A stretch of DNA of 64,000 nucleotides from NCBI GenBank assembly GCA_051294375.1, contig JBJCIZ010000009.1, positions 24,701 to 88,700 on the forward strand. The letters run 5' to 3'. This document shows, piece after piece, positions 22,034-44,930 of this stretch. Position 1 is the stretch's first letter. The number at the start of each line of letters is the position of its first letter. Source of the DNA: Paraspadella gotoi. Lineage: Eukaryota; Animalia; Chaetognatha. Below the pieces are notes generated by a model that ran no database searches, was not told the origin of the DNA, and worked only from the letters and a program-made list of their open reading frames with translations. Made by a program: the position numbers and the translations under genes.

Positions 22034-23539
22034 AGCGACCGTCGAGTGTAGAAAACGACTTTGTCATTGGGTTTTGGTTATATGGTTTGTTTGTTGACTG
22101 TTTACAACTTTACATACATATATAGTAGATTAATTACAGATTAGTGATAAAAATTTAAAATATAAATATAAAATATAAATCCAATAGTTTAAATATAATT
22201 AATCATTAAAACGGTTAACGGTTGATTAATTAAACATATACGTTCGAGGAATGTCATGAGGAAATAGTATAAAATTCTTGTTCAGTTCAAAAACTATTTT
22301 GAGCAAAACTAAATTTAAATTAAGTTATCCTTATTTAAGTTAACTTAAGTTTAGAAAAGGGGGAAGAGGAGGATGAGGAGAAGGAAGAGAAGGAAGAGAA
22401 GGACGAGGAAGAGGAGAGGGAAGAGGAAGAGGAGAAAGAGAGAAGGAGGATGAGGAGAAGGAAGAGCAGGAGGAGAAGGACGAGGAGGAGGAAGAGGAAG
22501 AGGAGAAAGAGAGAAGGAGGATGAGGAGAAGGAAGAGGAGGAGGAGAAGGACGAGGACGAGGAGGAGGAAGAGGAGAAAGAGAGAAGGAGAATGAGGAGA
22601 AGGAAGAGGAGGAGGAGAATGAGGATGAGGAGAATCGAGGCCAGATGAAATTGTGGGCGAAAATTTAAGAAATAACTAAATTAGGCCAAAAAAAGTCGTT
22701 AATGAAATTTAGGAGAAAAATTAATTTACGATTAAATTTTTTTCCCCTTTTTTTTATTCTCTTAATCTTTGGCAATTTTTTTCGTCTCCTTTTCTGTTTT
22801 CTTGTTTTGTTATTTTGTTTTGAGTTATTTTTTCTGTTTTCTTTTTCTTTTAAACTTTGAAAATTGAAAAGTGAAAAAAAATGAGAAACAAGTCACGTGA
22901 AATGTTTTGGACTTTTTTGGCGACAGAGAGACGTAGAGACATACAGACATACAGACATACAGACATAATGACATAAAGACATACCGACATACCGACATAG
23001 TTTCTAAAACTTCGTTTCTCTTTAAGTATTCCACTTGAGTGTTAAGCTTTTTCTTACCATTTTAATTTTGCCATTTTCCTATATGATTGGAAATAATTAT
23101 GATTACTATTTTACTTACTATTTGAACAACCACTAACATTTTTTTATTTATTTAATATATAAGCTATCTCGCCCCTGATTTTGGACAAGCTAATAACATA
23201 GCATGACCCTGCAAGCTTTTAATCATTTTATTTTGTTTCAGTTCGAAGCTTCGTGGCGTAACTTGTATTCATTTAAATCCTAGTGTATTAATCCTTTCTT
23301 TTTTCGTTGTTTCGAAATGTTAGAGATTGGCAAAGTTTTTGATTTCTTTCATTTAAATCCATAAATTGTTTATAAATAAATAAAACAAAAAAGTAAGTTG
23401 TCCGAGAAGAAATAAAAATAGATAAGGAATTTCTTACCTTTTTTCTCTCTTGCTTTCTCCGACAGAAAAAAAGTTTGATAAATCGGAAATGATTAACGAT
23501 AAGAAAAAGAGAAAGAAAGAAAAAGAAAATGAATAAAAA

Positions 23540-23570
<31 letters not shown>

Positions 23571-23580
23571 GAGAAAGAAA

Positions 23581-23612
<32 letters not shown>

Positions 23613-24054
23613 AGAAAGAAAAATGAAAGAAAAAATGAAAGAAAGAAAAAGAAAATAAATAAAAATAAATAAAAAGAGAAAGAAAAAAAGAAGGAAAGAA
23701 ATATAAAGGGTAAGAAAGATAAAAATAAAAAAATAAAAAGAGATAGAAAGAAAGACAGAAAAAAAGACAGAAAGACAGAAAGAAAGACAGAAAGAGAGAG
23801 GAAATAAAAAGTTAAAAATCCTAAGGACAATTCAGTCTTTGATTTATTTCCGTTTTATACACGAAGGTTTTTCTCCCCGCAAATGAATTGTCGTCGTTAT
23901 CGTCGTCGTCGTCATTTATTGATCTTCCTGTTGTCATCATCGTCGTCGGTCGTCGTCGTTCGTCGTCATAGTTGTCGTCGTCGTCATCGCCGTCGTCATC
24001 CTCTCGTCGTCGTCGTCATCATCATCGTCGTCGTCATCGTTCGTCGTCATATAA

Positions 24055-24089
<35 letters not shown>

Positions 24090-24195
24090 TAGTCGTCGTC
24101 GTTCATCGCGTCTTCATCCTCATCGTCGTCTCGTCTACGTCATCATCATCGTCGTCGTCATCGCCGTCGTCTCGTCGTCGTCGTCATCATCATCG

Positions 24196-24227
<32 letters not shown>

Positions 24228-24266
24228 ATCGTCGTCACTTCGTCATCGTCGTCGTCGTCATCATCA

Positions 24267-24300
<34 letters not shown>

Positions 24301-24445
24301 ATTATTGTCGTCCTCGTTGTCATCATCGTCGTTCGTCTCGTCGTGTCGTCATAGTCGTTGTCGTCGTCGTATCATCATCGTCATCATCATCGTCGTCGTT
24401 CATCATCATCTCGTCGTCATCCCCATCATCGTCGTCCGTCGTCGT

Positions 24446-24476
<31 letters not shown>

Positions 24477-24480
24477 CGAG
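21530..24480. repeat. Cluster of simple repeats: (GAT/GAC)n, (GA)n, (GAG/GAA)n, (GAAA)n, (TCG/TCA)n
   Basis: Tracts at about 21530-21690, 21968-22030, 22360-22635, 23500-23800 and 23890-24477. Confidence 0.9.
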
Positions 24481-24714
24481 TGATTAAAAAGAAACAATCA
24501 ACGAGAAAAGATAAACTTTGAAAATGAAATAAATAAAATGATTAAACGTTTGTTTTTTTTTATTTCCGATTCGTCGTCGTCCTGTGGAGAAAGGTTGTCA
24601 TATTGCTTTATAAATATTTTATGCATCTTATATTGTTTTGCGATTATATCCGCTTGAATGAATTTATATTAAATATTTCCTAGCAATTAATACTTTATCC
24701 TTCAGTCGTTACTA

Positions 24715-25005
24715 CGTGGCTAAAATGTCGCGCGTTCGATCCCTGTCCGGGAACTTCACTTTCGGCGATGGAAAAGTCTGGTTCCAATTTCCAAGCCGAG
24801 AATCTGTAGTCGGGCATTGTATTATGCGCGACCCGGTGGCTCATTGAGTTATATTCGCAGCTCCTGACCGTTAGGTACCGGGATCATTCCCCAATGGTAC
24901 CTACACTGCGGGAAGCGTGAGGACGACTGTAAACTGCTTAGGGGACGTGGAAAATCCTCAAACCTGGTGCCCAGCCCAGGACCCGCATGCTGATGGTCAA
25001 CTTAC
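24715..25005 (+). mobile_element. tRNA-derived SINE-like family, copy 2, preceded by an extra A/B-box-like unit
   Basis: gtggctaaaatg..gttcgatccc (24717-24742), then gacccggtggctcattgag..gggaagcgtgaggac..cccaggaccc. Confidence 0.7.
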
Positions 25006-25264
25006 GTATGTATATATAATTATGTATAAATATATATCCTCCAATATTACAGATATAGCATGGATTTTACCAAATAAATCTTATATTAACATTTCAAAAA
25101 AGGCAATAAAAAGTTGTCCATCTGTCTTAATTAAACCAAGAGTCGTTATATGTTTAAAATTTCGATCCTAAATTTATTCGTTCGAAAAAAAAAATCTTTT
25201 TCCTCAAAAAAATGAAAAGATCTAAATTTCAAATTTTTTTCAAAGAAAAACATTTTGTTTACAT

Positions 25265-33300
<8,036 letters not shown>

Positions 33301-33529
33301 CATGAAACAAAAGGAGGGGAAAACTCCCTCAATTCTTCAACGTTTAAAAATTAACGCTCCAGAAAAAAAAAAGGAACTAATTAACATTACAAATTTTTCT
33401 TTAGTTGCGCCGCGAGTACTCGCGAAGCAACTCCAAAAGTCTTCGGTCGGTCGGTTTGTCGGTTTGTCGGNNNNNNNNNNNNNNNNNNNNNNNNNCGGTC
33501 GGTCGGTTGTGGTCGGGTTTGCGGTTTGT

Positions 33530-34378
33530 GCCTCGGCGGTCCGGTCGGCTAGTCTTATACTATATGATCTTTAACTTTCCCTGCTCTCGGTTGCTACGAG
33601 AAGGTAAACTGCTAGCCATCTACCTCAATTTGTTATATTAAAATGTATAAATAATAAAAGATCAGTAATTCGAATTATACGTATTGTACGATCATTGGCG
33701 ATCACTGTGTGCGCAAATTGACTGAAAACTCTTGCTAACTTCTAAGCCCCTTCGTACAATGCAGTGGGTCCTGGCTCGAACGAGGCTTGTCATTTTCATA
33801 TCAAAGGTGTTGTCTGGAAGTCTACAGCCTCCCGCAGGGTAAGTACCGGCGTAAGGATTGAACCCGTATCTATGTGGTCATGGTTGAAGTTTAAGTAATG
33901 AGCAGTCACACTGAAGCTGCAACCTTATAGGCGAGATCTGCTCTCCTTTTTTGTCGGTCGGTCGGTCGGCTAGTCTTATAAATGATCTTTAACTTTCCCT
34001 CGGTTGCTACGAGAATTAGTAAACTGCTAGCGCTACCTTTTGTTTAAATAATAAAAGAAGTAATTCGAATTGAATACGTATTGAACGATCATTGGCACTG
34101 CCACTGTGTGCGCAAATTGGGCTGAAAACTACTTTGCGTAACTTCTAAGCCCCTTCAGTACAAATGCAGTGGGTCCTGGGCTCGGAACGAGGCTTGATCA
34201 TTTTTCATAAACTCAAAAGGGTTTCTGGAAGTCTACAAGCCTCCCGCAGGGTAAGTACCGGGTAAGGATTGAACCCGATATCTAGTGGTCATGAGTTGAT
34301 AGTTTAAGTTAATGAGCCACGGGTCACAACTGAAAGCGTCACGCTTATAGGCGGAGTCAACTTACTCAATGCCCGACA
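33530..34378 (-). mobile_element. Two tandem copies (3 and 4) of the tRNA-derived SINE-like family within a ~420-bp tandem duplication
   Basis: 33530-33950 and 33955-34350 are collinear. The reverse complement gives gcctataag..gacccgtggctcattaac..ctcatgaccactagatatcgggttcaatcc..cccaggaccc. Confidence 0.7.
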
Positions 34379-35732
34379 ACAATCATGCCATCACCAGAAA
34401 ATAAACGTGATTGTGAAAGTCACTGCGGCTCCACTCATCGGAAATACCGTTCTTGTTCTTGTTCTCTTTTTTTGTTTCGGTTTTAATTTTCTGGATCTTC
34501 GTTTCCTCGGTTCCGTTTCTGTTTTTGTTTTATTTTTAATTGTTTCGTTTTGTTTCTTTTTTTCTTTTTTTTCTTTCTTTTCTTTGCCAAAGAATAATCT
34601 CTTATTTTTTTCTCAAGTTTCATCACGACTTTCAGCTAATCACTTTTCTTTTTCTTTTTTTGGTTTTACGTCTTGAGAGCGAGAAGGTCTGGGGTTCGAG
34701 GCTGGATGAGAGTCTAAATTAAGATGAAGATTTAAAACCAAGCTAATTAAGAAAAAAAAACTACTGACAAAGAATGGATATTTAAACGAACTTTTAACAA
34801 AATAATATACATATACTATATGTCATATAGTATTTTCGGTTTTGTAAGATAATTAAAAAAACCGCGCCGTTCGGCCGACAAAAATAGACAAAAGCAGCAG
34901 CAGCAGACGAATAGACAGATATAAAAACAGACAGATCGACAGACAGACAGACACATCGACAAAACGTTAATCACTTGTTAAAGTCGTTTATTCTCAGATC
35001 ATNNNNNNNNNNNNNNNNNNNNNNNNNNNNNNNNNNNNNNNNNNNNNNNNNNNNNNNNNNNNNNNNNNNNNNNNNNNNNNNNNNNNNNNNNNNNNNNNNN
35101 NNNNNNNNNNNNNNNNNNNNNNNNNNNNNNNNNNNNNNNNNNNNNNNNNNNNNNNNNNNNNNNNNNNNNNNNNNNNNNNNNNNNNNNNNNNNNNNNNNNN
35201 NNNNNNNNNNNNNNNNNNNNNNNNNNNNNNNNNNNNNNNNNNNNNNNNNNNNNNNNNNNNNNNNNNNNNNNNNNNNNNNNNNNNNNNNNNNNNNNNNNNN
35301 NNNNNNNNNNNNNNNNNNNNNNNNNNNNNNNNNNNNNNNNNNNNNNNNNNNNNNNNNNNNNNNNNNNNNNNNNNNNNNNNNNNNNNNNNNNNNNNNNNNN
35401 NNNNNNNNNNNNNNNNNNNNNNNNNNNNNNNNNNNNNNNNNNNNNNNNNNNNNNNNNNNNNNNNNNNNNNNNNNNNNNNNNNNNNNNNNNNNNNNNNNNN
35501 NNNNNNNNNNNNNNNNNNNNNNNNNNNNNNNNNNNNNNNNNNNNNNNNNNNNNNNNNNNNNNNNNNNNNNNNNNNNNNNNNNNNNNNNNNNNNNNNNNNN
35601 NNNNNNNNNNNNNNNNNNNNNNNNNNNNNNNNNNNNNNNNNNNNNNNNNNNNNNNNNNNNNNNNNNNNNNNNNNNNNNNNNNNNNNNNNNNNNNNNNNNN
35701 NNNNNNNNNNNNNNNNNNNNNNNNNNNNNNNN

Positions 35733-36030
35733 CCGAAAAAGACCGACCAAGAATGCCGAAGGCCGACAAAGACTGATAAAGATCGACAAAGACTGCCAAA
35801 GGCCGAAAAAGACTGACATAGACCGACAACGAATGACAAAGACCGACAAAGACAGACAAAGACAGACAAAGGCCGACAAAGACCGACCAAGACTTACGAA
35901 GGCCGAAAAAGACCGACCAAGAATGCCGAAGGCCGACAAAGAATGATAAAGACCGACAAAGACTGCCGAAGGCCGGCAAAGACTGACAAAGACTGCCAAA
36001 GGCCGACAAAGACCGACGAAAACCGACAAA
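35733..36030 (+). repeat. 10-bp minisatellite (gaccgacaaa)n adjoining a 730-N gap
   Basis: Directly visible. Confidence 0.9.
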
Positions 36031-36145
36031 GTCTTGGATCGAACTCGGGAATCGAAACGTCGAGGGACGAAGAGGGAATTTGGCAAAGGATGAGTTGCCT
36101 GGGGGGAAAAGAGAGAGAGGGAGAGGGGAGAGAGAGAGAGAGATT

Positions 36146-36205
<60 letters not shown>

Positions 36206-39200
36206 TTTATAATGTTTCGTATAGTTAAATTTCATTCGGTTTTTGTTTCAATGTAGTTACTAGTTAGTTACTTGTGTAGTATTGAGTGTAGTTCACTGAA
36301 TTTAATAAGGAAAAAGTGGAAAATAACCAACTACATGAAGAACAAAGTAAAAAGTAAAAATAAAAAAAAGAAAGAACAGAAAGATAAGATAGAAAAAGAA
36401 GGACAGTAAAGGATAGATGGAAAGATAGAAAAAAAAGGGAAAAAAAGAAAAAACCTGTTCTCATCGCAACGAAATTGTCTCATCCTTTTTTTTCCCCGCG
36501 CAAAAAAACTTAATTCGACTTAACCGAGTTTGACATAAACCACAATTGCATCCGAGTTCGACGCTGGCTTTCAGCGGAAAGACTGTCCGTCCGTCCGTCC
36601 TTCCGTTTGTCAGTCCGTCCGTCCCTCCGTCCGTGCGTCCGCTACTGATAAAACTGGGATAGCTGTGATATGGATGAAATGAATTAAGTTTTCGGAGAAA
36701 GGACGAATATTTATCTAAGTAAGAAAAGAATGACTAGCGCCCCCTTTCTTTAAAACCACTCGAGGGAGCGAAATGAAAATAAGGAAAAAAAACAAGAAAG
36801 AAATAAAAAACTAATAAAAGAAAAAAAAGGTTTTTCGGTTTCGTTGGAAATTGAGGGAAAAAGTCGTGAAGTCATCATTAACCAAATGGACGGAATGTAG
36901 TCCGCCCACGAAGAAGAAGAGAGAGAGGGGGAGAGGGAGGGAGAGAGAGAGGGGAGAGAGAGAGAGAGAGAGGGAGAAAGAAAGATAGAGGGAGAAGGAA
37001 ACAGAGATAACGGAGAGAGAGGGAGAGGGAGGGAAAGATAGGGAGAAGATAAAGAGAGAGAGAGGGAGGGAGAGGGGGGAGAAGTAACCCAAGTTCCCCT
37101 CCCCCTTGGCTCCTTCAATCTCTCTGTCTCTATCTCTCCCAAAATGGATTTTAAGATGACTATCCCAATATCCTTAACTTCTCTTAATAGCTTGAGAACG
37201 GGTCCGAGCAAAAGATTAGATTAAATATCATTTTAAATATCATTTTTATTTTGTAAGAATACTTAAATTTATATCAGTTAATTTTTGAATGACAAATAGT
37301 TATTAGGAAACCCTTATAAAGAATAAAAAGAGATTCAAAAATTGAATTTTCTCCAAATATAATTTTAAATTATTTATAACTAAGTCAGATTCCGAAATAT
37401 TTTCCCCGTTCGTTATTTTTTTATTTTTTCTTTTATCTTTGGAGTTTGGACCTCACACAGATTTAAATAAAAAGAAATTTTCTTATCGACCGAAAATCGA
37501 GAGATAAAAATCCTCATTTGCGANNNNNNNNNNNNNNNNNNNNNNNNNAGAGTAGACGGGAGATGATGAGGAGGGAAGAGAGAGACGAGATGGCACGAGG
37601 AGAGGAAGGAGAAGAAGACGAGAGAAGTGTAAACTGAAAGCAAGGAAGAGCGGCGGCTAGGGGGAAAGAAGTACGGTAAGGTATTTTAGGGACACGATAG
37701 TGAGATGGTCGCAGAGACGACATAGAGATACGATAGAACTCTTTGGAGAGCAGAAAACCCACTTCGCTCTCTCATCAGACTTAACATGCTTTCAGTTTGG
37801 CGGCGTTTCTTGATCCCACGAAGTTTGATAAATTATTTCCTTTACTGAGAGTCCAGGAGTCATATTAAAAAATCAAGGAAATTGAAAAAAGACCAACGAG
37901 GGATACGAGAGAGAGATGAGAGAGAGATAAGTCACAGTGGAGAGGAGGAGAGAAGGAGGAGAGAGGGAGAGCAGAATAAGCGGGCGAAACTAACGAGGAG
38001 CGAGGAGAGGAAGCGGCAGAGACGAGATGAGATGGAAAGATGATGGCGGCTGATGATGATATCGGGGAGGGAGAGAGACGAGGGCCGAACGATGGGGGAG
38101 GAGAGCGAATGAGAGAGAGGCGAGAGGAAATGGGAGAGCAGGGAGAGAGGAAGATAAAGAGCAGGAAGACTAAAGGAGCAGGACAGGCACAGAACAAAAA
38201 GATAAGACAGATAGGGCGGCAAATAAATTAAGAACACTCTGACGCGAAAGAACAAAACAGCGAATTAACCGAAATCCACCAAACAAAATCAACGAGACCC
38301 AAAAGAAAAAACAGACGTTCCCCGATTCATTTTCTGAGAAATCAGAATTTAATGCAAATTGAGTGATTTTTGACCTCAGAAGCGGGAAATGCGGGCGGAG
38401 AAGACGCGCATCGCGCGGTTGAATCCCCAGTTCGGTCATCGGGAGAGTACTAGAAGTCATGAAAGAAAAATAAAATTAAATTAAGAACGGAAGTAACGGA
38501 AAAAAAAAAAAAGTAAAGATGAGAAGAAAAGTAGAAAAAAAGAAAAAAAAAAGAAATAAGAAAGAAAGAAAAAAAAAAATAAAAAAAAAAATAGTAAGAA
38601 GGGCAAAAGTGAGAAATGAAGAATATTAAGAAAAACAGCATAAGAGAAGGAGAGAAGAGAGAGAGAGAGAGAGACAGAGAGATCGATGAGAAAGAAGGGA
38701 AAGAGTAGAGGCAGGAAGGAGGAGAGGACAGAGAAGGAGACGAGAAGAGAAAGAGAGAGAAAGGGAGAGAGGAAGAAAAAGAAAGAAGGAGGATTGGGAG
38801 TAGATGAATAGAGGTGAGTGATTGAGTGGAGGGACTCGACGAGCAATGCAGAAAGGAGCGAGAGAAGGGAGAGTGAAGTGGCGAGAGGATCTGATTTAGC
38901 GAGAGGGCTGATCCGACGAGAGGCAGAGAGAAGACGATGAGGAGGAGAAGATAGAGAGAGAGAGGAGAGAGAGCGACGACGAGGAGAGAGAGAAGATGAT
39001 GAGAGAGAGAGCTTGATGAGCGTGTGTCGTTTACGGCGCTAAGAATGATTCCCGAAATCATTAAGCGTGAAAAATGCCGATGGTGATCGACGGAAAAGGG
39101 AAAAAAAAAAAAAAAACTGTAATAAAAAATAAAAAAATTAGGAAATGAAAGAAATAGAAGAAAAAAGAAAACGAAAAACAGAAAAGGAAAAAAAGAAAAT

Positions 39201-39455
39201 ATAAAAGGAGGGGCGAAAAAGGAAGGGAGTTTTAAAATGGGAAAAATGCGCGGAACAAAAATGAGACTAATATATGAAAAGTGAAATGATTAAACTGAAG
39301 TGAGAAGTGATATGAAAAGTGAGGCTCGAGGTGAGAAGTGAGATGTTATCGTCCATGGTGAAAGGCCTGTCCAAATTATGAAGCTGGAAAGAAAGTGAAC
39401 GAAGTTGATGAACAAAAGTGAATGAAAATGAATCAATGAAAATGATACAGACCAG

Positions 39456-39493
<38 letters not shown>

Positions 39494-39739
39494 NNNNNNN
39501 NNNNNNNNNNNNNNNNNNCTTCTCTCTCTCTCGTCTTCTCTCTGCTTTTTTTTAATATAATCATTTTGGTTTTAGAGAAATATAAAGATCTTTGACATCA
39601 TTCGCCTCAGAATATGAAAAAAAACTTGGGTGCCAAATATAAAACAAGAAATTCTTGAGTGAGTGTCAGAGTGTCTCTCTCTCTCTCTTCGCTCTCTCTC
39701 TCTCTCTCTCTCTTCTTCTCTCTCTCTCTTCTCTCCTCT

Positions 39740-42700
39740 CTCTCTCTCTCCCTGGCGATAAACTGGGGTCACAGCCCTCTAGCGAGGAACTTCGGCAGAC
39801 ATGAGAAAGGAATGCGGATACGGCCGCCAACGACGACGACCGCGACGACGCGATAATAACGACTCGATGACAACGACGACGACGATGAAGACGACGACGT
39901 AATGACGACGACAACGATGATGACGACGCTCGATGACAGCGCGACAACACGACGGACGACGCTCGACGATGAAGATGACGATGACGACGATGAAGAACGA
40001 TGAAAACGACGGCGATGAATGACGACGGACAATGAAAACGACGACCAATGACGACGATGAAGACGCACGTAAAACGATCGACGATGAAGACGATGACAAC
40101 GACGACGATGAAGACGGACGCTGGAACGAAAAATGGGGACTCCCGGAGAAGTGATCGAAACCGACGACGACGATTGGAACGACACGACAACGACGACGAC
40201 GATGAGACGACGACAATCGACGTACGACGTGAAGACGACGAAACGACGACGACGAGTGTTGGAATCATGAGGCCGGAAATTTATGAAGCGAGAGATCTTA
40301 AGGTCAGACGATTAGAGGGAAACTCTGGCCGAGTACCGAAGTTTATTCGAAGGAATAAAACAGAGAGAGTTAGAGAGAGAGAGAGAGAGAGAGAGATGAG
40401 AGCGAGAGCAGAGAGAGACGAGAGAGAGATAGTAGGAGAGATGAGAGATAGAGAGAGCAGACCAGACTGCGAATGTGGATAGTAACGCGTCCACCGACCA
40501 TAATTTTTTGAAAGGCAATTCTGAGCTTCAGGTCGGTCAGTCTATGTGTCCCTCGAGGATATAACATTAGAAGTTATATAATTTGATCATTTTCCATAAA
40601 AAAAATTCATCCAGTTTGCACGATGAGTATTGGCGAAATAAAAAAAGCAGAATGTGACGCGTTCTTTAAAAATTACAACACGGTTTGTATTGGTAACCAT
40701 TGTTAAACTTTTTAATACTTTGATGTTCCCTCTTGATTAGCAAAAATGTAACCCGGTGAGCCGCTATGTAAGCCAACGGCCGTATCCGATATGTACACTG
40801 GTGTCACAGGAAGTCACAGGAGACCTCGATGTCTCTGTCCCGTTTTCTCCTGGGAATCAAAATCGTGATCTTTTCTTTTTATCACTGGCCGCGTCTCGTT
40901 TTATCATTCAAAAATTTACTATTTTTCTTTTATCACGAACATTCATATTCAAGAATATCCTCGTTTTTCTAAGCGGACAGCTCGCGTTATTCTTCCCCCA
41001 TTCACCAGCGCTATATCTGTAGTCAGGCTCTTGCTGCCATATGTTCACCCCGCTATAAGAATTATTAAGCATGTCCCAGTCCTTGCGCCCTGGCCTGGCT
41101 CATTGAGGTAAAGTCAATCAGCTCTATGGACTCCCATCTGATTAACCGGCGTTCATCCACAATCCCCGGTCGGCAGCTTAGAACGGCCGTAAATCACGCC
41201 TTGTGCGTCGTGAAAACAACACCCCTCAAGCCTTGGTTCCAGGCTCAAGTACCCAATTACCCATCCGGTTGCTCGATGGCCCGGGTTTGCGAATAAACCT
41301 CTCAGCCCACCTGCCCCTTAATCTTCATATCTTTCACCAGCATCCCTCCACCTTTTTTTCTCCAGCACTCCAACTTCCATCACGAAACCTCGTCAAACTC
41401 TTCGTCGCCCCAAGACAGCGACTCAAATCTCACCACCTGGACATCACCTCAAACCTTTTTCTTGTAAATCGCGCGCACTCCACCTTTCCTTTCATTCTCT
41501 CTCCCTTACCTCGAACCTGTTTTCTTTCGCGGCCGCCGATGAAGAAAAAACCGGAATCTTTGGACGTCTTAACGATTCCTTCGCTCAAGCCAAACATTAC
41601 CACGACTTTCTCATATCTGTCTTTCAAACCACACTGATCCTCGCCTTTATCCCGCCCATCCACACATTACCCACAACCCATTATCATCAACACTAATCAC
41701 ATCATTATCCACACCACCTCACTCTTGCCACATCCTGATACTATCCGTCGATAATCCCTTGTATCAGACTGTCATCCCTTACTTATTCCCTCATGCGGTA
41801 TACTCAACACCCACCCATTCATTTTACTCATACTACTCACACAGCTCATTACCCGACACTAATCCACTCGATCATTAACCTAACTATCGCACCATCTCAT
41901 TACTCAACACGTAATCACTGCTCCTCGGAGTTATCCTCAGATATCTATTCCATTTGTGATTATATCCACGTCAGTCCACATGTTACCCCAACGATAACCA
42001 CATCACCTTACCGCAGCAGTGTCATCTCTCGTCGTTTCTCTCTCTCTCTCTCTCTCCTGGCGATAAACTGGGGTTCACAGCCCTCTAGCGAGAACTTCGG
42101 CAGACATGAGAAAGGAATGGGGACGGCGCCAACGACGACGACGACGACGATAATAACGACGATGACAACGANNNNNNNNNNNNNNNNNNNNNNNNNNNNN
42201 NNNNNNNNNNNNNNNNNNNNNNNNNNNNNNNNNNNNNNNNNNNNNNNNNNNNNNNNNNNNNNNNNNNNNNNNNNNNNNNNNNNNNNNNNNNNNNNNNNNN
42301 NNNNNNNNNNNNNNNNNNNNNNNNNNNNNNNNNNNNNNNNNNNNNNNNNNNNNNNNNNNNNNNNNNNNNNNNNNNNNNNNNNNNNNNNNNNNNNNNNNNN
42401 NNNNNNNNNNNNNNNNNNNNNNNNNNNNNNNNNNNNNNNNNNNNNNNNNNNNNNNNNNNNNNNNNNNNNATAATAACGACAGATGACAAGCGACGGACGA
42501 CGCTGAAGACGACGATAATGACGACGACAACGATTGATGACGCACGTCGATGAACAGCGAAGCGACGACGACGACGACGACGATGAAGATGACGATGACG
42601 ACGATGAAGACGATGAAAACGCGACGATAAGACTGACGACAATGAAAACGACGACAATGACCGACGAAACGACAAACGACCGGATAAGAGATGACAACGA

Positions 42701-42943
42701 CGACGATGAGACGGACGACAATGGACGAGGGAGATAGAACGACGACGATGAGACGGACGACAACGACGACGACGAGAGACGACGACGAACGACGACGACG
42801 ACATGAAGACGAGACAAACGACGACGACGAGTGTTGGAATCAATGAGGCCGGAAATTTATGAGCGAGAGATCTTAAGGTCAGACGATAGAGGGAAACTCT
42901 GGCCGAGAACGAAGTTTATTCGAAGGAATAAAAAGGAGAGAGT

Positions 42944-43032
<89 letters not shown>

Positions 43033-44130
43033 TGCGAATGTGGAAGTAACGCGTCCACGACCCATAATTTTTGAAAGGCAATTCTGAGCTTCAGGTCGGT
43101 CAGTCTATGTGTCCCTCGAGGATTATAACATTAGAAGGTTATATAATTTGATCATCCCATAAAAAAAATTCATACAGTTCTGCACGATGAGATTGGCGAA
43201 AATAAAAAAAGCAGAATGTGACGCGTCTTTAAAAATTACAACACGGTTGAATTGTAAAATGTAAACTTTCTAACTTGGATGTCCTCTCTATTAGCAAAAT
43301 GTAACCGGTGGCAGCCATATGTAATAACAGGCGTATCCCGTATGTAACTGGTGTCAAGAGGAAGCCAGAGACATCGATGTCTTCGTGGGATCAAAATCGT
43401 GATCTTTCTTTTATCACTGGCGTCGTTTTATCACAAAAATTTAACATTTTTTTATCACGAAATCATATCAAGAATATCGTTTTCTAACCGGACAGCGTAT
43501 TTTCCATCACCAGCGTATATCTGTAGTCAGGCTTTGCCATATGTTCACCCCGCCTATAAGAAATTATTAAGCATGTCAGTCCTGCCCCGGTGGCTCATTG
43601 AGTAAAGTCATCAGCTCATGACCACTAGATACCGGGTTCAATCACAACCCGGTGGGAAGCTTAAGGACGGCCGCAAGCCGCCTTGTGAGTGTGAAAAAAC
43701 CCTCAAGCCTGGTTCCAGGCTCAATACCCATTCCATGGCTGCTCGAGGCGGTTGCGAATAAAACTCTTCAGCCCACTTTGCACCTTAATCTTCATATCTT
43801 TCACCAGCATCCCTCCACTTTTTTTTCTCCAGCATCCAACTCCATCCACGAAACTCTCAAACTCTTCGTCGCCAACGAAGCGACTCAAACTCACCCCCGG
43901 ACTCACCCAAACCTTTTTCTTTAAATCGCGCGCCTCACCTTTCCTTTCCATCTCTCTCCCTTACCTCGAACTGTTTTCTTCCGGCGCCGAGAGAAAAGAC
44001 CGGAACTTTGGACGCCTAACGATTCTTCGCTCAGCCAAACATTGACCACGACTTCATATCTGTCTTTTCAAACCCACACTGATCCTCGCCTTTATCCGCA
44101 CAAATCCACACCATTACCCACACTAATCCA
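39740..44130 (+). repeat. ~2.3-kb tandem duplication (39740-42040 and 42045-44130), each unit containing (GAC/GAT)n, (GA)n and a SINE-like copy (41020-41310, 43521-43780)
   Basis: Shared anchors cctggcgataaactgggg, gaggccggaaatttatga, gaaaggcaattctgagcttcaggtcgg and cacactgatcctcgcctttatcc. Differences are mostly 1-2 nt indels. Confidence 0.9.
43584..43653 (+). other. tRNA-Met(CAT)-like core of the SINE-like family (not a functional tRNA)
   Basis: A box tggctcattgag, anticodon-like loop ctCATga and B box ggttcaatc are present. The acceptor and anticodon stems are imperfect. Confidence 0.55.
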
Positions 44131-44930
44131 CATCATTATCAACACTAATCCACATCACTATCAACACTAATCCACATCATTATCAACACTAATCCATATC
44201 ATTATCAACACTAATCCATATCATTATCAATACTAATCCACATCATTACCCACACTAATCCACATCATTACCCAAACTAATCCACATCATTATCAACACT
44301 AATCCACATCATTATCAATACTAATCCACATCATTATATACACTAATCCACATCATTATCCACACTAATCCACATCATTATCAACACTAATCTACATCAT
44401 TATCAACACTAATCCACATCATTATCAATACTAATCCATATATTATCATACACTAATCCACATCATTATCACACTAATCACATCATTATCACACTAATCC
44501 TAATCATTATAATACTAATCCACTTCATTACCACAAACTAATCCACATCATTACAATACTATTCCACATCATTATATACACTAATCCACATCATTACCCA
44601 TCACTAATCCACATTCATTATCATACACTAATCCAACATCATTACCAGGGCAATCCACATCATTACCCACTATAATCACATCATTATCAACCACATTACG
44701 ATTCTCACATCATTTAACACTAATCCACATCATTACCCACATTAATTCACATCATTATCAACACTAATCCACATCATTATCAACACTAATCCACATCATT
44801 ACTCACACTAATCTACATCATTACCCACACTAATCTACACCATTACCCACACTAATCCACATCATTATCCACACTAATCTACATAATTACCCACACAAAT
44901 ACAAATCATTATCCACACTCATCCACATTA
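44105..44930 (+). repeat. 22-bp minisatellite (ctaatccacatcattatcaaca)n
   Basis: Period 22 (ctaatc at 44123, 44145 and onward). Confidence 0.95.

Noticed and set aside
43584-43653. Functional tRNA-Met gene
   Set aside because: The acceptor and anticodon stems do not pair properly and the copies are divergent; treated as a SINE-like core.
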